Source of the DNA: Eledone cirrhosa
Lineage: Eukaryota
Assembly: GCA_964016885.1 (NCBI GenBank)
Contig: OZ024743.1
Coordinates: 354,020,001-354,084,000, forward strand
DNA length: 64,000 nt
Direction of reading: 5' to 3'
The position numbers and the translations under genes were made by a program. The notes beneath the pieces are model-generated. The model saw nothing but the letters and a program-made list of their open reading frames with translations. It was not told the origin of the DNA and searched no databases. Below, in pieces: positions 1-18,000 of this stretch (the stretch's first letter is position 1; each line of letters begins with the position of its first letter).

Positions 1-3000
1 ATACAACCTCTAACAACACCAACAGACCACCATTACAACCACTAACAACACCAACAGACCACCATTACAACCACTAACAACACCCAAATACCCCCATTAC
101 AACCACTACCAACACCAACAGACCACCATTACAACCACTACTAACACCAACAGACCACCAATACAACCACTACCAACACCAACAGACCACTATTTCAACC
201 ACTAACAACACCAACAGACCACCAATAGCACCACTACCAACACCAACAGACCACCATTACAACAACTACCAACACCATCAGACCACCATTACAACCACCA
301 CCACCACCAACAGACCAAAAATAGAACCGCTAGCAACACCAACAGACCCCCATTACAACCACCACCAAACCACCAACAGACCACCAATAGAACCACTAAC
401 AACACCAACAGACCACCATTACAAACATCACCAACACCAACAGACCACCAATAGAACCAATACCAACTCCAACAGACCACCATTACAACCACTAACAACA
501 CCAAGAGACCACCATTACAACCACAAACAACACCAACAGACCACCATTACAACCATTACCAACACCAACAGACCACCATTACCACCACTAACAACACCCA
601 ACAGATCACCAATACAATCACTAACAACACAAGAGACCACCAATACAACCGCTAAGAGCACCAACAGTCCACCAATACAACCATTACCAACACCAACAGA
701 CCACCATTACAACTACTAACAACACCAACAAAGCACCATTACAACCACTACCAACAGCAACAGACCACCATTACAATCACTAACAACACACAAGAGACCA
801 CCAATACAACCGCTAACAACACCAACAGACCACCAATACAACCTCTAACAACACCAACAGACCACTATTACAACCACTAACAACACCAACAGACCACCAT
901 TACAACCACTAACAACACCCAACATACCACCATTACAACCACTAGAAACACCAACAGACCATCAATACAACCACTAACAACACCAACAGACCACCATTAC
1001 AACCACTAACAACACCAACAGACCACCATTACAACCATTACCAACAATAACAGACCACCATTACAACCACTAACAACACCAACAGACCACCATTACAACC
1101 CCTAACAACACCAACAGACCACTATTAAAACCACCACCACCACCAAGAGACCACCAATAGAATCACTAACAACACCAACAGACCACCATTACAACCACTA
1201 GCAACACCAAAAAACCACCAATACATCCACTAACAACACCAACAGGCCCCAATACATTCACTAACATTACCAACAGACCACCATTACAATCACTACCAAC
1301 ACCAACAAACCAACATTACAACCACCACCACAACCACCAACAGACCACCAATAGAACCACTAACAACACCAACAGACCACCATTACAACCACTGCCAACA
1401 CCAACAGACAACCATTACAACGACCACCACCACCACCAACAGACCACCAATACAACCACTAACAACACCAATAGACCACCATTACAACCACTACCAACAC
1501 CAAAAGACAACCATTACAACCACTAACAACACAAACAGACCACCAATACAACCACTAACAACACCAACAAACCACCATTACACCCACTAACAACACCAAC
1601 AGGACACCATTACAACCACTATCAAAATAAACACACCACCATTACAACCACTAACAACACCAACAGACCACCATTACAACCACTACCAACACGAACAGAC
1701 CACCATTACCACCACTAACAAGACCCAACAGATCACCATTACAATCACTAACAACACACAAGAGACCACCAATACAACCGCTAACAGCACCAACAGACCA
1801 CCAATACAACCATTACCAACACCAACAGACCACCATTACAACCACTAACAACACCAACAGAGCACCATTACAACCACTACCAACACCAACAGACCACCAT
1901 TACAATCATTAGCAACACACAAGAGACCACCAATACAACCGCTAACAACAACAACAGACCACCAATACAACCTCTAACAACACCAACAGACCAATATTAC
2001 AACCACTACAAACACCAACAGACCACCAATACAACCACTATCAACACCAACAGACCACTATTACAACCACTAACAACACCAACAGACCATCAATACAACC
2101 ACTAACAACACCAACAGACCACCATTACAACCATTACTAACACCAACAGACCACCATTACAACCACTAACAACACCAACAGACCACCATTACAACAAATA
2201 ACAACACCCAACACACCACCAATACAACAACTAACAACACTAACAGACCACCATTAGAACCACTAACAACACCAACAGACCACCTTTAGAACCACTAAGA
2301 ACACCAACAGGCCAGCATTACAACCACTAACAACACCAACAGACCACCATTTCAACCACTAACAACACCAACAGATCACCATAACAACCACTACCAACAC
2401 CAACAGACCACCATTACCACCACTAACAACACCCAACAGACCACCATTACAACCACTAACAACACCAACAGACCACAAATACAACCACTAACAACACCAA
2501 CAGACCACCAATACAACCTCTAACAACACCAACAGACCACCATTACAACCACTAACAACACCAACAGACCACCATTACAACCACTAACAACACCCAAATA
2601 TCCCCATTACAACCACTACCAACACCAACAGACCACCATTACAACCGCTAACAGCACTAACAGACCACCAATACAACCATTACCAACACCAACAGACCAC
2701 CATTACAACCACTAACAACACCAACAGAGCACCATTACAACCACTACCAACACCAACAGACCACCATTACAATCATTAACAACACACAAGAGACCACCAA
2801 TACAACCGCTAACAACAAAAACAGACAGCCAATACAACCTCTAACAACACCAACAGACCAATATTACAACCACTACAAACACCAACAGACCACCAATACA
2901 ACCACTATCAACACCAACAGACCACTATTACAACCACTAACAACACCAACAGACCATCAATACAACCACTAACAACACCAACAGACCACCATTACAACCA

Positions 3001-6000
3001 CTAACAACACCAACAGACCACCATTACAACCATTACCAACACCAACAGACCACCATTACAACCACTAACAACACCAACAGACCACCATTACAACAAATAA
3101 CAACACCCAACACACCACCAATACAACCACTAACAACACTAACAGACCACCATTAGAACCACTAACAACACCAACAGACCACCATTAGAACCACTAAGAA
3201 CACCAACAGACCAGCATTACAACCACTAACAACACCAACAGACCACCATTTCAACCACTAACAACACCAACAGATCAGCATAACAACCACTACCAACACC
3301 AACAGACCACCATTACCACCACTAACAACACCCAACAGACCACCATTACAACCACTAACAACACCAACAGACCACCAATACAACCTCTAACAACACCAAC
3401 AGCCCACCATTACAACCACTAACAACACCAACAGACCACCATTACAACCACTAACAACACCCAAATACCCCCATTACAACCACTACCAACACCAACAGAC
3501 CACCATTACAACCACTACTAACACCAACAGACCACCAATACAACCACTACCAACACCAACAGACCACTATTTCAACCACTAACAACACCAACAGACCACC
3601 AATAGCACCACTACCAACACCAACAGACCACCATTACAACCACTAACAACACCAACAGACCACCATTACAACCACTACCAACACGAACAGACCACCATTA
3701 CCACCACTAACAAGACCCAACAGATCACCATTACAATCACTAACAACACACAAGAGACCACCAATACAACCGCTAACAGCACCAACAGACCACCAATACA
3801 ACCATTACCAACACCAACAGACCACCATTACAACCACTAACAACACCAACAGAGCACCATTACAACCACTACCAACACCAACAGACCACCATTACAATCA
3901 TTAACAACACACAAGAGACCACCAATACAACCGCTAACAACAACAACAGACCACCAATACAACCTCTAACAACACCAACAGACCAATATTACAACCACTA
4001 CAAACACCAACAGACCACCAATACAACCACTATCAACACCAACAGACCACTATTACAACCACTAACAACACCAACAGACCATCAATACAACCACTAACAA
4101 CACCAACAGACCACCATTACAACCATTACTAACACCAACAGACCACCATTACAACCACTAACAACACCAACAGACCACCATTACAACAAATAACAACACC
4201 CAACACACCACCAATACAACAACTAACAACACTAACAGACCACCATTAGAACCACTAACAACACCAACAGACCACCTTTAGAACCACTAAGAACACCAAC
4301 AGACCAGCATTACAACCACTAACAACACCAACAGACCACCATTTCAACCACTAACAACACCAACAGATCACCATAACAACCACTACCAACACCAACAGAC
4401 CACCATTACCACCACTAACAACACCCAACAGACCACCATTACAACCACTAACAACACCAACAGACCACAAATACAACCACTAACAACACCAACAGACCAC
4501 CAATACAACCTCTAACAACACCAACAGACCACCATTACAACCACTAACAACACCAACAGACCACCATTACAACCACTAACAACACCCAAATACCCCCATT
4601 ACAACCACTACCAACACCAACAGACCACCATTACAACCACTACTAACACCAACAGACCACCAATACAACCACTACCAACACCAACAGACCACTATTTCAA
4701 CCACTAACAACACCAACAGACCACCAATAGCACCACTACCAACACCAACAGACCACCATTAAAACAACTACCAACACCAACAGACCACCATTACAACCAC
4801 CACCACCACCAACAGACCAAAAATAGAACCGCTAGCAACACCAACAGACCCCCATTACAACCACCACCAAACCACCAACAGACCACCAATAGAACCACTA
4901 ACAACACCAACAGACCACCATTACAACCATCACCAACACCAACAGACCACCAATAGAACCACTACCAACTCCAACAGACCACCATTACAACCACTAACAA
5001 CACCAAGAGACCACCATTACAACCACAAACAACACCAACAGACCACCATTACAACCATTACCAACACCAACAGACCACCATTACCACCACTAACAACACC
5101 CAACAGATCACCAATACAATCACTAACAACACAAGAGACCACCAATACAACCGCTAAGAGCACCAACAGTCCACCAATACAACCATTACCAACACCAACA
5201 GACCACCATTACAACTACTAACAACACCAACAGAGCACCATTACAACCACTACCAACACCAACAGACCACCATTACAATCACTAACAACACACAAGAGAC
5301 CACCAATACAACCGCTAACAACACCAACAGACCACCAATACAACCTCTAACAACACCAACAGACCACTATTACAACCACTAACAACACCAACAGACCACC
5401 ATTACAACCACTAACAACACCCAACATACCACCATTACAACCACTAGAAACACCAACAGACCATCAATACAACCACTAACAACACCAACAGACCACCATT
5501 ACAACCACTAACAACACCAACAGACCACCATTACAACCATTACCAACAATAACAGACCACCATTACAACCACTAACAACACCAACAGACCACCATTACAA
5601 CCCCTAACAACACCAACAGACCACTATTAAAACCACCACCACCACCAACAGACCACCAATAGAATCACTAACAACACCAACAGACCACCATTACAACCAC
5701 TAGCAACACCAAAAAACCACAAATACATCCACTAACAACACCAACAGGCCCCAATACAATCACTAACATTACCAACAGACCACCATTACAACCACTACCA
5801 ACACCAACAAACCAACATTACAACCACCACCACAACCACCAACAGACCACCAATAGAACCACTAACAACACCAACAGACCACCATTACAACCACTGCCAA
5901 CACCAACAGACAACCATTACAACCACCACCACCACCACCAACAGACCACCAATACAACCACTAACAACACCAATAGACCACCATTACAACCACTACCAAC

Positions 6001-9000
6001 ACCAAAAGACAACCATTACAACCACTAACAACACAAACAGACCACCAATACAACCACTAACAACACCAACAAACCACCATTACACCCACTAACAACACCA
6101 ACAGGACACCATTACAACCACTATCAAAACTAACACACCACCATTACAACCACTAACAACACCAACAGACCACCATTACAACCACTACCAACACGAACAG
6201 ACAACCATTACAACCACTACCAACACCAACAGACCACCATTACATCCACTACCAACACCAACAGACCACCATTACAACCACCACCACGACCAACAGACCA
6301 CCAATACAACCACTAACGACACCATCAGACCACTATTACAACCACTAGCAACACCAAAAAACCACCAATACAACCACTAACATTACCAACAGACCATCAT
6401 TACAACCACTACCAACACCAACAGACGACCATTACAACAACTAACAACACCAACAGACCACCATTACAACCACTACCAACACCCACAAACCAACATTACA
6501 ACCACCACCACAACCACCATCAAACCACCAATAGAACCACTACCAACACCAACAGACCACCAATACAACCACTAACAACACCAACAGACCACCATTACAA
6601 CCTCTACCAACACCAACAGACCACCAATACAAACACTAACAACACCAACAGACCACCATTACAACCACTAAATACATCCAAGACACCACCAATACAACCA
6701 CTAACAACACTAACAGACAACCATTACAACCACTAACAACACCAACAGACCACCATTACAACAACTAACAACACCAATAAACCACCATTCCCACCACTAA
6801 CAACAGCAACAGACCACCATTACAACCACTAACAACACCAACAGACCACCAATACAACCACTAAAAATACAAACAGACCGCCATTACAACCACTACCAAC
6901 AACAACAGACCACCATTACCACCACTAACAACACACAAGAGACCACCAATACAACCGCTAACAACACCAACAGATCACCAATAGAACCACTAACAACACC
7001 AACAGACCACCATTACAACTACTGCCAACACCAATAGACCACCATTACAACCACCACCACCACCACCAACAGACCACCAATACAACCACTACCAAAACCA
7101 ACAGACAACCATTACAACCACTAACAACACCAACAGAGCACCAATACAACCACTAACAACACCAACAGACCACCATTACAACCACTACCGACACCAACAG
7201 ACCACCATTACAACCATTACCAACACCAACAGAGCACCATTACAACCATTACGACCACCAACAGACCACCAATAGAACCACTAAAAACACCAACAGACGA
7301 CCATTACAACTACTGCCAACACCAATAGACCACTATTACAACCACCACCACCACCACCACCACCAAAAGACCACCAATACCACCACTACCAACACCAACA
7401 GACCACCATTACAGCCACCACCACCACCAACAGACCACCAATAGAACCACTACCAAGACCAACAGACCACCAATACCACCATTACCAACACCAACAGACC
7501 ACCATTACAACCACCACCACCACCAACAGACCACCAATAGAACCACTACCAACACCAACAGACCACCAATACATCCATTACCAACACCAACATACCACCA
7601 TTACAACCACCACCACCACCACCAACAGACCACCAATAGAACCACTACCAACACCAACAGACCACCATTACAACCACTACCAACACCAACAGACCACCAT
7701 TACAACCACCACCACCACCAACAGACCACCAATACAACCACTAACAACACCAACAAACCACCATTACAACCACTAACAACACCAACAGGCCACCATTACA
7801 ACCACTACTAAAACTAACACACCACCATTACAACCACTACCAACACCAACAGACCACCATTACATCCACTACCAACACCAACAGACCACCATTACAACCA
7901 CCACCACCACCAACAGACCACCAATAGAACCACAAACAACACCAAAAGAAAACCATTACAACCACTACCACTACCAACACTACCACACCACCATTACAAC
8001 CACTAACAACACCAACAGACTACCATTATAACCACTACCAACACCAACAGACAACCATTACAACCACTACCAACACCAACAGACCACCAATACAACCACT
8101 ACCAACACCAACAGACAACCATTACAACCACTACCAACACCAACAGACCACCATTACAATCACTACCAACACCAACAGACAACCATTACAACCACTAACA
8201 ACACCAACAGAAAACCATTACAACCACTACCAACACCAACAGACCACCAATAGAACACTACCAACACCAACAGACCAAAAATAGAACCGCTAACAACACC
8301 AACAGACCACCATTACAACCACCACCACCACCAACAGACCACCAATAGAACCACTAACAACACCAATAGACCACCGTTACAACCACCACCACCACCAACC
8401 AACCACCAATAGAACCACTACCAACACCAACAGACCACCATTACAACCACTAACAACACCAACAGACCACCATTACAACCACTAACAACACCAACAGACC
8501 ACCATTACAACCACTAACAACACCAACAGAACAGCATTACAACACCAACAGACCACCATTACAACCACTAACATCACCAACATACCACCATTACAACCAC
8601 TCACAACACCAATAAACCACCATTACCACCACTAACAACACCAACAGACCACCAATACATCCACTAACAACACCAACAGACCGCCATTACAACCACTACC
8701 AACACCAACAGACCACCATTACAACCACTAATAGCATCAACAGAGCACCAATAAAACCACTAACAACACCAACAGCCCACCATTTCAACCACTAAAAACT
8801 CCAACAGATCACCATTACAACCACTACCAACACCAACAGACCACCATTACAACCACTCCCAACACCAACAGACCACCATTACAACCACTCCCAACACCAA
8901 TAAACCACCATTACCACCACTAAAAACACCAACAGACCACCATTACAACCACTAACATCACCAACAGACCACCAATACAACCACTAACAACACCAACAGA

Positions 9001-12000
9001 CCACCATTACAACCACTACCAACACCAACAGACCACCATTACAACCACTAACAACACCAACAGATCACCATAACAACCACTACCAACACCAACAGACCAC
9101 CATTACCACCACTAACAACACCCAACAGACCACCATTACAACCACTAACAACACCAACAGACCACAAATACAACCACTAACAACACCAACAGACCACCAA
9201 TACAACCTCTAACAACACCAACAGACCACCATTACAACCACTAACAACACCAACAGACCACCATTACAACCACTAACAACACCCAAAGAACCCCATTACA
9301 ACCACTACCAACACCAACAGACCACCATTACAACCACTACTAACACCAACAGACCACCAATACAACCACTAACAACACCAACAGACCACCAATAGCACCA
9401 CTACCAACAACAACAGACCACCATTACAACAACTACCAACACCAACAGACCAACATTACAACCACCACCACCATCAACAGACCAAAAATAGAACCGCTAA
9501 CAACACCAACAGACCACCATTAGAACCACCACCAAACCACCAACAGACCACCAATAGAACCACTAACAACACCAACAGACCACCATTACAACCATCACCA
9601 ACACCAACAGACCACCAATAGAACCACTACGAACTCCAACAGACCACCATTACAACCACTAACAACACCAAGAGACCACCATTACAACCACTAACAACAC
9701 CAACAGACCACAAATACAACCACTAACAACACGAACAGACCACCAATACAACCTCTAACGACACCAACAGACCACCATTACAACCACTACCAACACCAAC
9801 AGATCACCATTACAACCACCACCACCACCAACAGACCACCCATAAAACCACTAACAACATCAACAGACCACCATTACAACCACTACCAACACCAACAGAC
9901 CACCAATACAACCACTAACTACACCAACAGACCCCAATACAAACACTAACAACACCAACAGACCACCAATAAAACCACTACCAACACCAACAGACCACCA
10001 ATACAACCACTAACAACACCAACAGACCACCAATACAACCACTAACAACACCAACAGACCACCATTACAACCACTACCAACACCAACAGACCACCATTAC
10101 AACCACTCCCAACACCAAGAGACCACCATTACAACCACCAGCACCAACAACAGACCACCAATAGAACCACCATCAACACCAGCAGACCACCATTACAACC
10201 ACTACCGAGACTAACAGACCACGATTACAACCATTAACAACACCAAGAGACCACCATTACAACCACTACCAACACCAACAGACCACCATTACAACCACCA
10301 CCACCACCAACAGACCAAAAATAGAACCGCTAACAACACCAACAGACCCCCATTACAACCACCACCACCACCAACAGACCACCAATAGAACCACTAACAA
10401 CACCAATAGACCACCGTTACAACCACCACCACCACCAACAAACCACCAATAGAACCACTACCAACACCAACAGACCACCATTACAACAATTAACAACACC
10501 CAACACACCACCAATACAACCACTAACAACAGTAACAGACCAGCATTACCACCACTAACAACACCAACTGACCATCATTACAACCACTAACAACACCAAC
10601 AGACCAGCATTACAACACTAACAACACCAACAGACCACCATTACAACCACTAACATAACCAACAGACCACCATTACAACCACTCACAACACCATTAAACC
10701 ACCATTACCACCACTAACAACACAAACAGACCACCATTACAACCACTAATATCACCAACAGACCACCATTACAACCACTAACAACACCTAAATACCCCCA
10801 TTACAACCACTACCAACACCAACAGACCACCAATACAACCACTAACAACACCAACAGACCACCAATAGCACCACTACCAACACCAACAGACCACCATTAC
10901 AACAACTACCAACACCAACAGACCACCATTACAACCACCACCACCACCAACAGACCAAAAATAGAACCGCTAACAACACCAACAGACCACCATTACAACC
11001 ACCACCAAACCACCAACAGACCACCAATAGAACCACTAACAACACCAACAGACCACCATTATAACCATCACCAACACCAACAGACCACCAATAGGACCAC
11101 TACCAACTCCAACAGACCACCATTACAACCACTAACAACACCAACAGACGACCATTACAACCCCTAACAACACCAACAGACCACCATTACAACCACTAAC
11201 CACACGAACAGACCACCAATACCACCCCTAACAACACCAACAGACCACCATTACAACCACTAACAACACCAACAGACCACCAATAGAACCCCTAATAACA
11301 CCAACAGACCACCATTACAACCACTAACCACACCAACAGATCACCAATACAACCCCTAACAACACCAACAGACCACAAATACAACCACTAACAACACCAA
11401 TAGACCACCGTTACAACCACCACCACCACCAACAAACCACCAATAGAACCACTACCAACACCAACAGACCACCATTACAACAATTAACAACACCCAACAC
11501 ACCACCAATACAACCACTAACAACAGTAACAGACCAGCATTACCACCACTAACAACACCAACTGACCATCATTACAACCACTAACAACACCAACAGACCA
11601 GCATTACAACACTAACAACACCAACAGACCACCATTACAACCACTAACATAACCAACAGACCACCATTACAACCACTCACAACACCATTAAACCACCATT
11701 ACCACCACTAACAACACAAACAGACCACCATTACAACCACTAATATCACCAACAGACCACCATTACAACCACTAACAACACCTAAATACCCCCATTACAA
11801 CCACTACCAACACCAACAGACCACCAATACAACCACTAACAACACCAACAGACCACCAATAGCACCACTACCAACACCAACAGACCACCATTACAACAAC
11901 TACCAACACCAACAGACCACCATTACAACCACCACCACCACCAACAGACCAAAAATAGAACCGCTAACAACACCAACAGACCACCATTACAACCACCACC

Positions 12001-15000
12001 AAACCACCAACAGACCACCAATAGAACCACTAACAACACCAACAGACCACCATTATAACCATCACCAACACCAACAGACCACCAATAGGACCACTACCAA
12101 CTCCAACAGACCACCATTACAACCACTAACAACACCAACAGACGACCATTACAACCCCTAACAACACCAACAGACCACCATTACAACCACTAACCACACG
12201 AACAGACTACCAATACCACCCCTAACAACACCAACAGACCACCATTACAACCACTAACAACACCAACAGACCACCAATAGAACCCCTAATAACACCAACA
12301 GACCACCATTACAACCACTAACCACACCAACAGATCACCAATACAACCCCTAACAACACCAACAGACCACAAATACAACCACTAACAACACCAACAGACC
12401 ACCAATAGAACCACTAACAACACCAACAGACCACCAATAGAACCACTAACAACACCAACAGACCACCAATACAACCAGTACCAACACGAACAGACCACCA
12501 ATACAACATTAACAACACCAACAGTCCACCAATACAACCACTAACAACACCAACAGACCACCAATGCAACCACCACCACCACCAACAGACCACCAATACA
12601 ACCACTACCAACACAAAGAGACCACCATTACAACCACCAACACCACCAACAGACCACCAATACAACCACTAACAACACCAACAGACCACCAATAGAACCA
12701 CTAACAACACCAACAGACCACCAATAGAACCACTAATAACACCAACAGACCACCAATACAACCACTACCAACACCAATAGACCACCAATAGAACCACTAC
12801 CAAGAGACCACCATTACAACCACTAACAACACCAACAGACCACCAATACAACCACTAACAACACCAACAGATCACCATTACAACCACTAACAACACCAAC
12901 AGACTCCAATAGAACCACTAACAACACCAACAGACTACCAATAGAACCACTAACAACACCAACATACCACCAATATAACCACTAACAACACCAACAGACC
13001 ACCAATACAACCACTACCAACACCAATAGACCACCAATATAACCACTACCAACACCAACAGACCACCATTACAACCACTTACAACACCAACAGGCCACCA
13101 ATAGAACCACTAACAACACCTACAGACCACCATTACAACCACTAACAACACCCAACAGACCACCATTACAACCACTAACAACACCCAACAGACCATCATT
13201 ACAACCACTACCAACTCCAACAGACCACCATTACAACCACTAACAACACCAACAGACCACCATTACAACCACTAACAACACTAACAGACCACCATTACAA
13301 CCACTAACAACACCAACAGACCACCATTACAACCACTAACAACACCAACAGACCACAAATACAACCACTAACAACACCAACAGACCACCAATACAACCTC
13401 TAACAACACCAACAGACCACCATTACAACCACTAACAACACCAACAGACCACCATTACAACCACTAACAACACACAAAGAACCCCATTACAACCACTACC
13501 AACACCAACAGACCACCATTACAACCACTACTAACACCAACAGACCACCAATACAACCACTAACAACACCAACAGACCACCAATAGCACCACTACCAACA
13601 ACAACAGACCACCATTACAACAACTACCAACACCAACAGACCAACATTACAACCACCACCACCATCAACAGACCAAAAATAGAACCGCTAACAACACCAA
13701 CAGACCACCATTAGAACCACCACCAAACCACCAACAGACCACCAATAGAACCACTAACAACACCAACAGACCACCATTACAACCATCACCAACACCAACA
13801 GACCACCAATAGAACCACTACGAACTCCAACAGACCACCATTACAACCACTAACAACACCAAGAGACCACCATTACAACCACTAACAACACCAACAGACC
13901 ACCATTACAACCACTACAAACACCAACAGACCACCATTACCACCACTAACAACACCCAACAGACCACCATTACAACCACTAACAACACCAACAGACCACA
14001 AATACAACCACTAACAACACGAACAGACCACCAATACAACCTCTAACGACACCAACAGACCACCATTACAACCACTACCAACACCAACAGATCACCATTA
14101 CAACCACCACCACCACCAACAGACCACCCATAAAACCACTAACAACATCAACAGACCACCATTACAACCACTACCAACACCAACAGACCACCAATACAAC
14201 CACTAACTACACCAACAGACCCCAATACAAACACTAACAACACCAACAGACCACCAATAAAACCACTACCAACACCAACAGACCACCAATACAACCACTA
14301 ACAACACCAACAGACCACCAATACAACCACTAACAACACCAACAGACCACCATTACAACCACTACCAACACCAACAGACCACCATTACAACCACTCCCAA
14401 CACCAAGAGACCACCATTACAACCACCAGCACCAACAACAGACCACCAATAGAACCACCATCAACACCAGCAGACCACCATTACAACCACTACCGAGACT
14501 AACAGACCACGATTACAACCATTAACAACACCAAGAGACCACCATTACAACCACCACCACCACCAACAGACCAAAAATAGAACCGCTAACAACACCAACA
14601 GACCCCCATTACAACCACCACCACCACCAACAGACCACCAATAGAACCACTAACAACACCAATAGACCACCGTTACAACCACCACCACCACCAACAAACC
14701 ACCAATAGAACCACTACCAACACCAACAGACCACCATTACAACAATTAACAACACCCAACACACCACCAATACAACCACTAACAACAGTAACAGACCAGC
14801 ATTACCACCACTAACAACACCAACTGACCATCATTACAACCACTAACAACACCAACAGACCAGCATTACAACACTAACAACACCAACAGACCACCATTAC
14901 AACCACTAACATAACCAACAGACCACCATTACAACCACTCACAACACCATTAAACCACCATTACCACCACTAACAACACAAACAGACCACCATTACAACC

Positions 15001-18000
15001 ACTAATATCACCAACAGACCACCATTACAACCACTAACAACACCTAAATACCCCCATTACAACCACTACCAACACCAACAGACCACCAATACAACCACTA
15101 ACAACACCAACAGACCACCAATAGCACCACTACCAACACCAACAGACCACCATTACAACAACTACCAACACCAACAGACCACCATTACAACCACCACCAC
15201 CACCAACAGACCAAAAATAGAACCGCTAACAACACCAACAGACCACCATTACAACCACCACCAAACCACCAACAGACCACCAATAGAACCACTAACAACA
15301 CCAACAGACCACCATTATAACCATCACCAACACCAACAGACCACCAATAGGACCACTACCAACTCCAACAGACCACCATTACAACCACTAACAACACCAA
15401 CAGACGACCATTACAACCCCTAACAACACCAACAGACCACCATTACAACCACTAACCACACGAACAGACCACCAATACCACCCCTAACAACACCAACAGA
15501 CCACCATTACAACCACTAACAACACCAACAGACCACCAATAGAACCCCTAATAACACCAACAGACCACCATTACAACCACTAACCACACCAACAGATCAC
15601 CAATACAACCCCTAACAACACCAACAGACCACAAATACAACCACTAACAACACCAATAGACCACCGTTACAACCACCACCACCACCAACAAACCACCAAT
15701 AGAACCACTACCAACACCAACAGACCACCATTACAACAATTAACAACACCCAACACACCACCAATACAACCACTAACAACAGTAACAGACCAGCATTACC
15801 ACCACTAACAACACCAACTGACCATCATTACAACCACTAACAACACCAACAGACCAGCATTACAACACTAACAACACCAACAGACCACCATTACAACCAC
15901 TAACATAACCAACAGACCACCATTACAACCACTCACAACACCATTAAACCACCATTACCACCACTAACAACACAAACAGACCACCATTACAACCACTAAT
16001 ATCACCAACAGACCACCATTACAACCACTAACAACACCTAAATACCCCCATTACAACCACTACCAACACCAACAGACCACCAATACAACCACTAACAACA
16101 CCAACAGACCACCAATAGCACCACTACCAACACCAACAGACCACCATTACAACAACTACCAACACCAACAGACCACCATTACAACCACCACCACCACCAA
16201 CAGACCAAAAATAGAACCGCTAACAACACCAACAGACCACCATTACAACCACCACCAAACCACCAACAGACCACCAATAGAACCACTAACAACACCAACA
16301 GACCACCATTATAACCATCACCAACACCAACAGACCACCAATAGGACCACTACCAACTCCAACAGACCACCATTACAACCACTAACAACACCAACAGACG
16401 ACCATTACAACCCCTAACAACACCAACAGACCACCATTACAACCACTAACCACACGAACAGACTACCAATACCACCCCTAACAACGCCAACAGACCACCA
16501 TTACAACCACTAACAACACCAACAGACCACCAATAGAACCCCTAATAACACCAACAGACCACCATTACAACCACTAACCACACCAACAGATCACCAATAC
16601 AACCCCTAACAACACCAACAGACCACAAATACAACCACTAACAACACCAACAGACCACCAATAGAACCACTAACAACACCAACAGACCACCAATAGAACC
16701 ACTAACAACACCAACAGACCACCAATACAACCAGTACCAACACGAACAGACCACCAATACAACATTAACAACACCAACAGTCCACCAATACAACCACTAA
16801 CAACACCAACAGACCACCAATGCAACCACCACCACCACCAACAGACCACCAATACAACCACTACCAACACAAAGAGACCACCATTACAACCACCAACACC
16901 ACCAACAGACCACCAATACAACCACTAACAACACCAACAGACCACCAATAGAACCACTAACAACACCAACAGACCACCAATAGAACCACTAATAACACCA
17001 ACAGACCACCAATACAACCACTACCAACACCAATAGACCACCAATAGAACCACTACCAAGAGACCACCATTACAACCACTAACAACACCAACAGACCACC
17101 AATACAACCACTAACAACACCAACAGATCACCATTACAAGCACTAACAACACCAACAGACTCCAATAGAACCACTAACAACACCAACAGACTACCAATAG
17201 AACCACTAACAACACCAACAGACCACCAATACAACCACTACCAACACCAATAGACCACCAATATAACCACTACCAACACCAACAGACCACCATTACAACC
17301 ACTTACAACACCAACAGGCCACCAATAGAACCACTAACAACACCTACAGACCACCATTACAACCACTAACAACACCCAACAGACCACCATTACAACCACT
17401 AACAACACCCAACAGACCATCATTACAACCACTACCAACTCCAACAGACCACCATTACAACCACTAACAACACCAACAGACCACCATTACAACCACTAAC
17501 AACACTAACAGACCACCATTACAACCACTAACAACACCAACAGACCATCATTACAACCACTAACAACACCAACATACCACCATTACAACCACTACCAACA
17601 CCAACAGACCACCATTACAACCACTAACAACACCAACAGACCACCATTACAACCACTACCAACACCAACAGACCACCATTACAACCACCACCACCACTCA
17701 CAGACCACCATTACAACCACTACCACCACCAACAGACCACCAATAGAACTACTAACAACACCAACAGACCACCATTACAACCACTACCAACACCAACAGA
17801 CCACCATTACAACCACCCCCACCACCAACCGACCACCAATACAACCACTACCAACACCAACAGACCACCAATACAACCACTACCAACTCCAACAGACCAC
17901 CATTACAACCACTAACAACACCAACAGACCACCATTACAACCACTAACAACACCAACAGACCACCATTACAACCACTAACAACACCCAAATACCCCCATT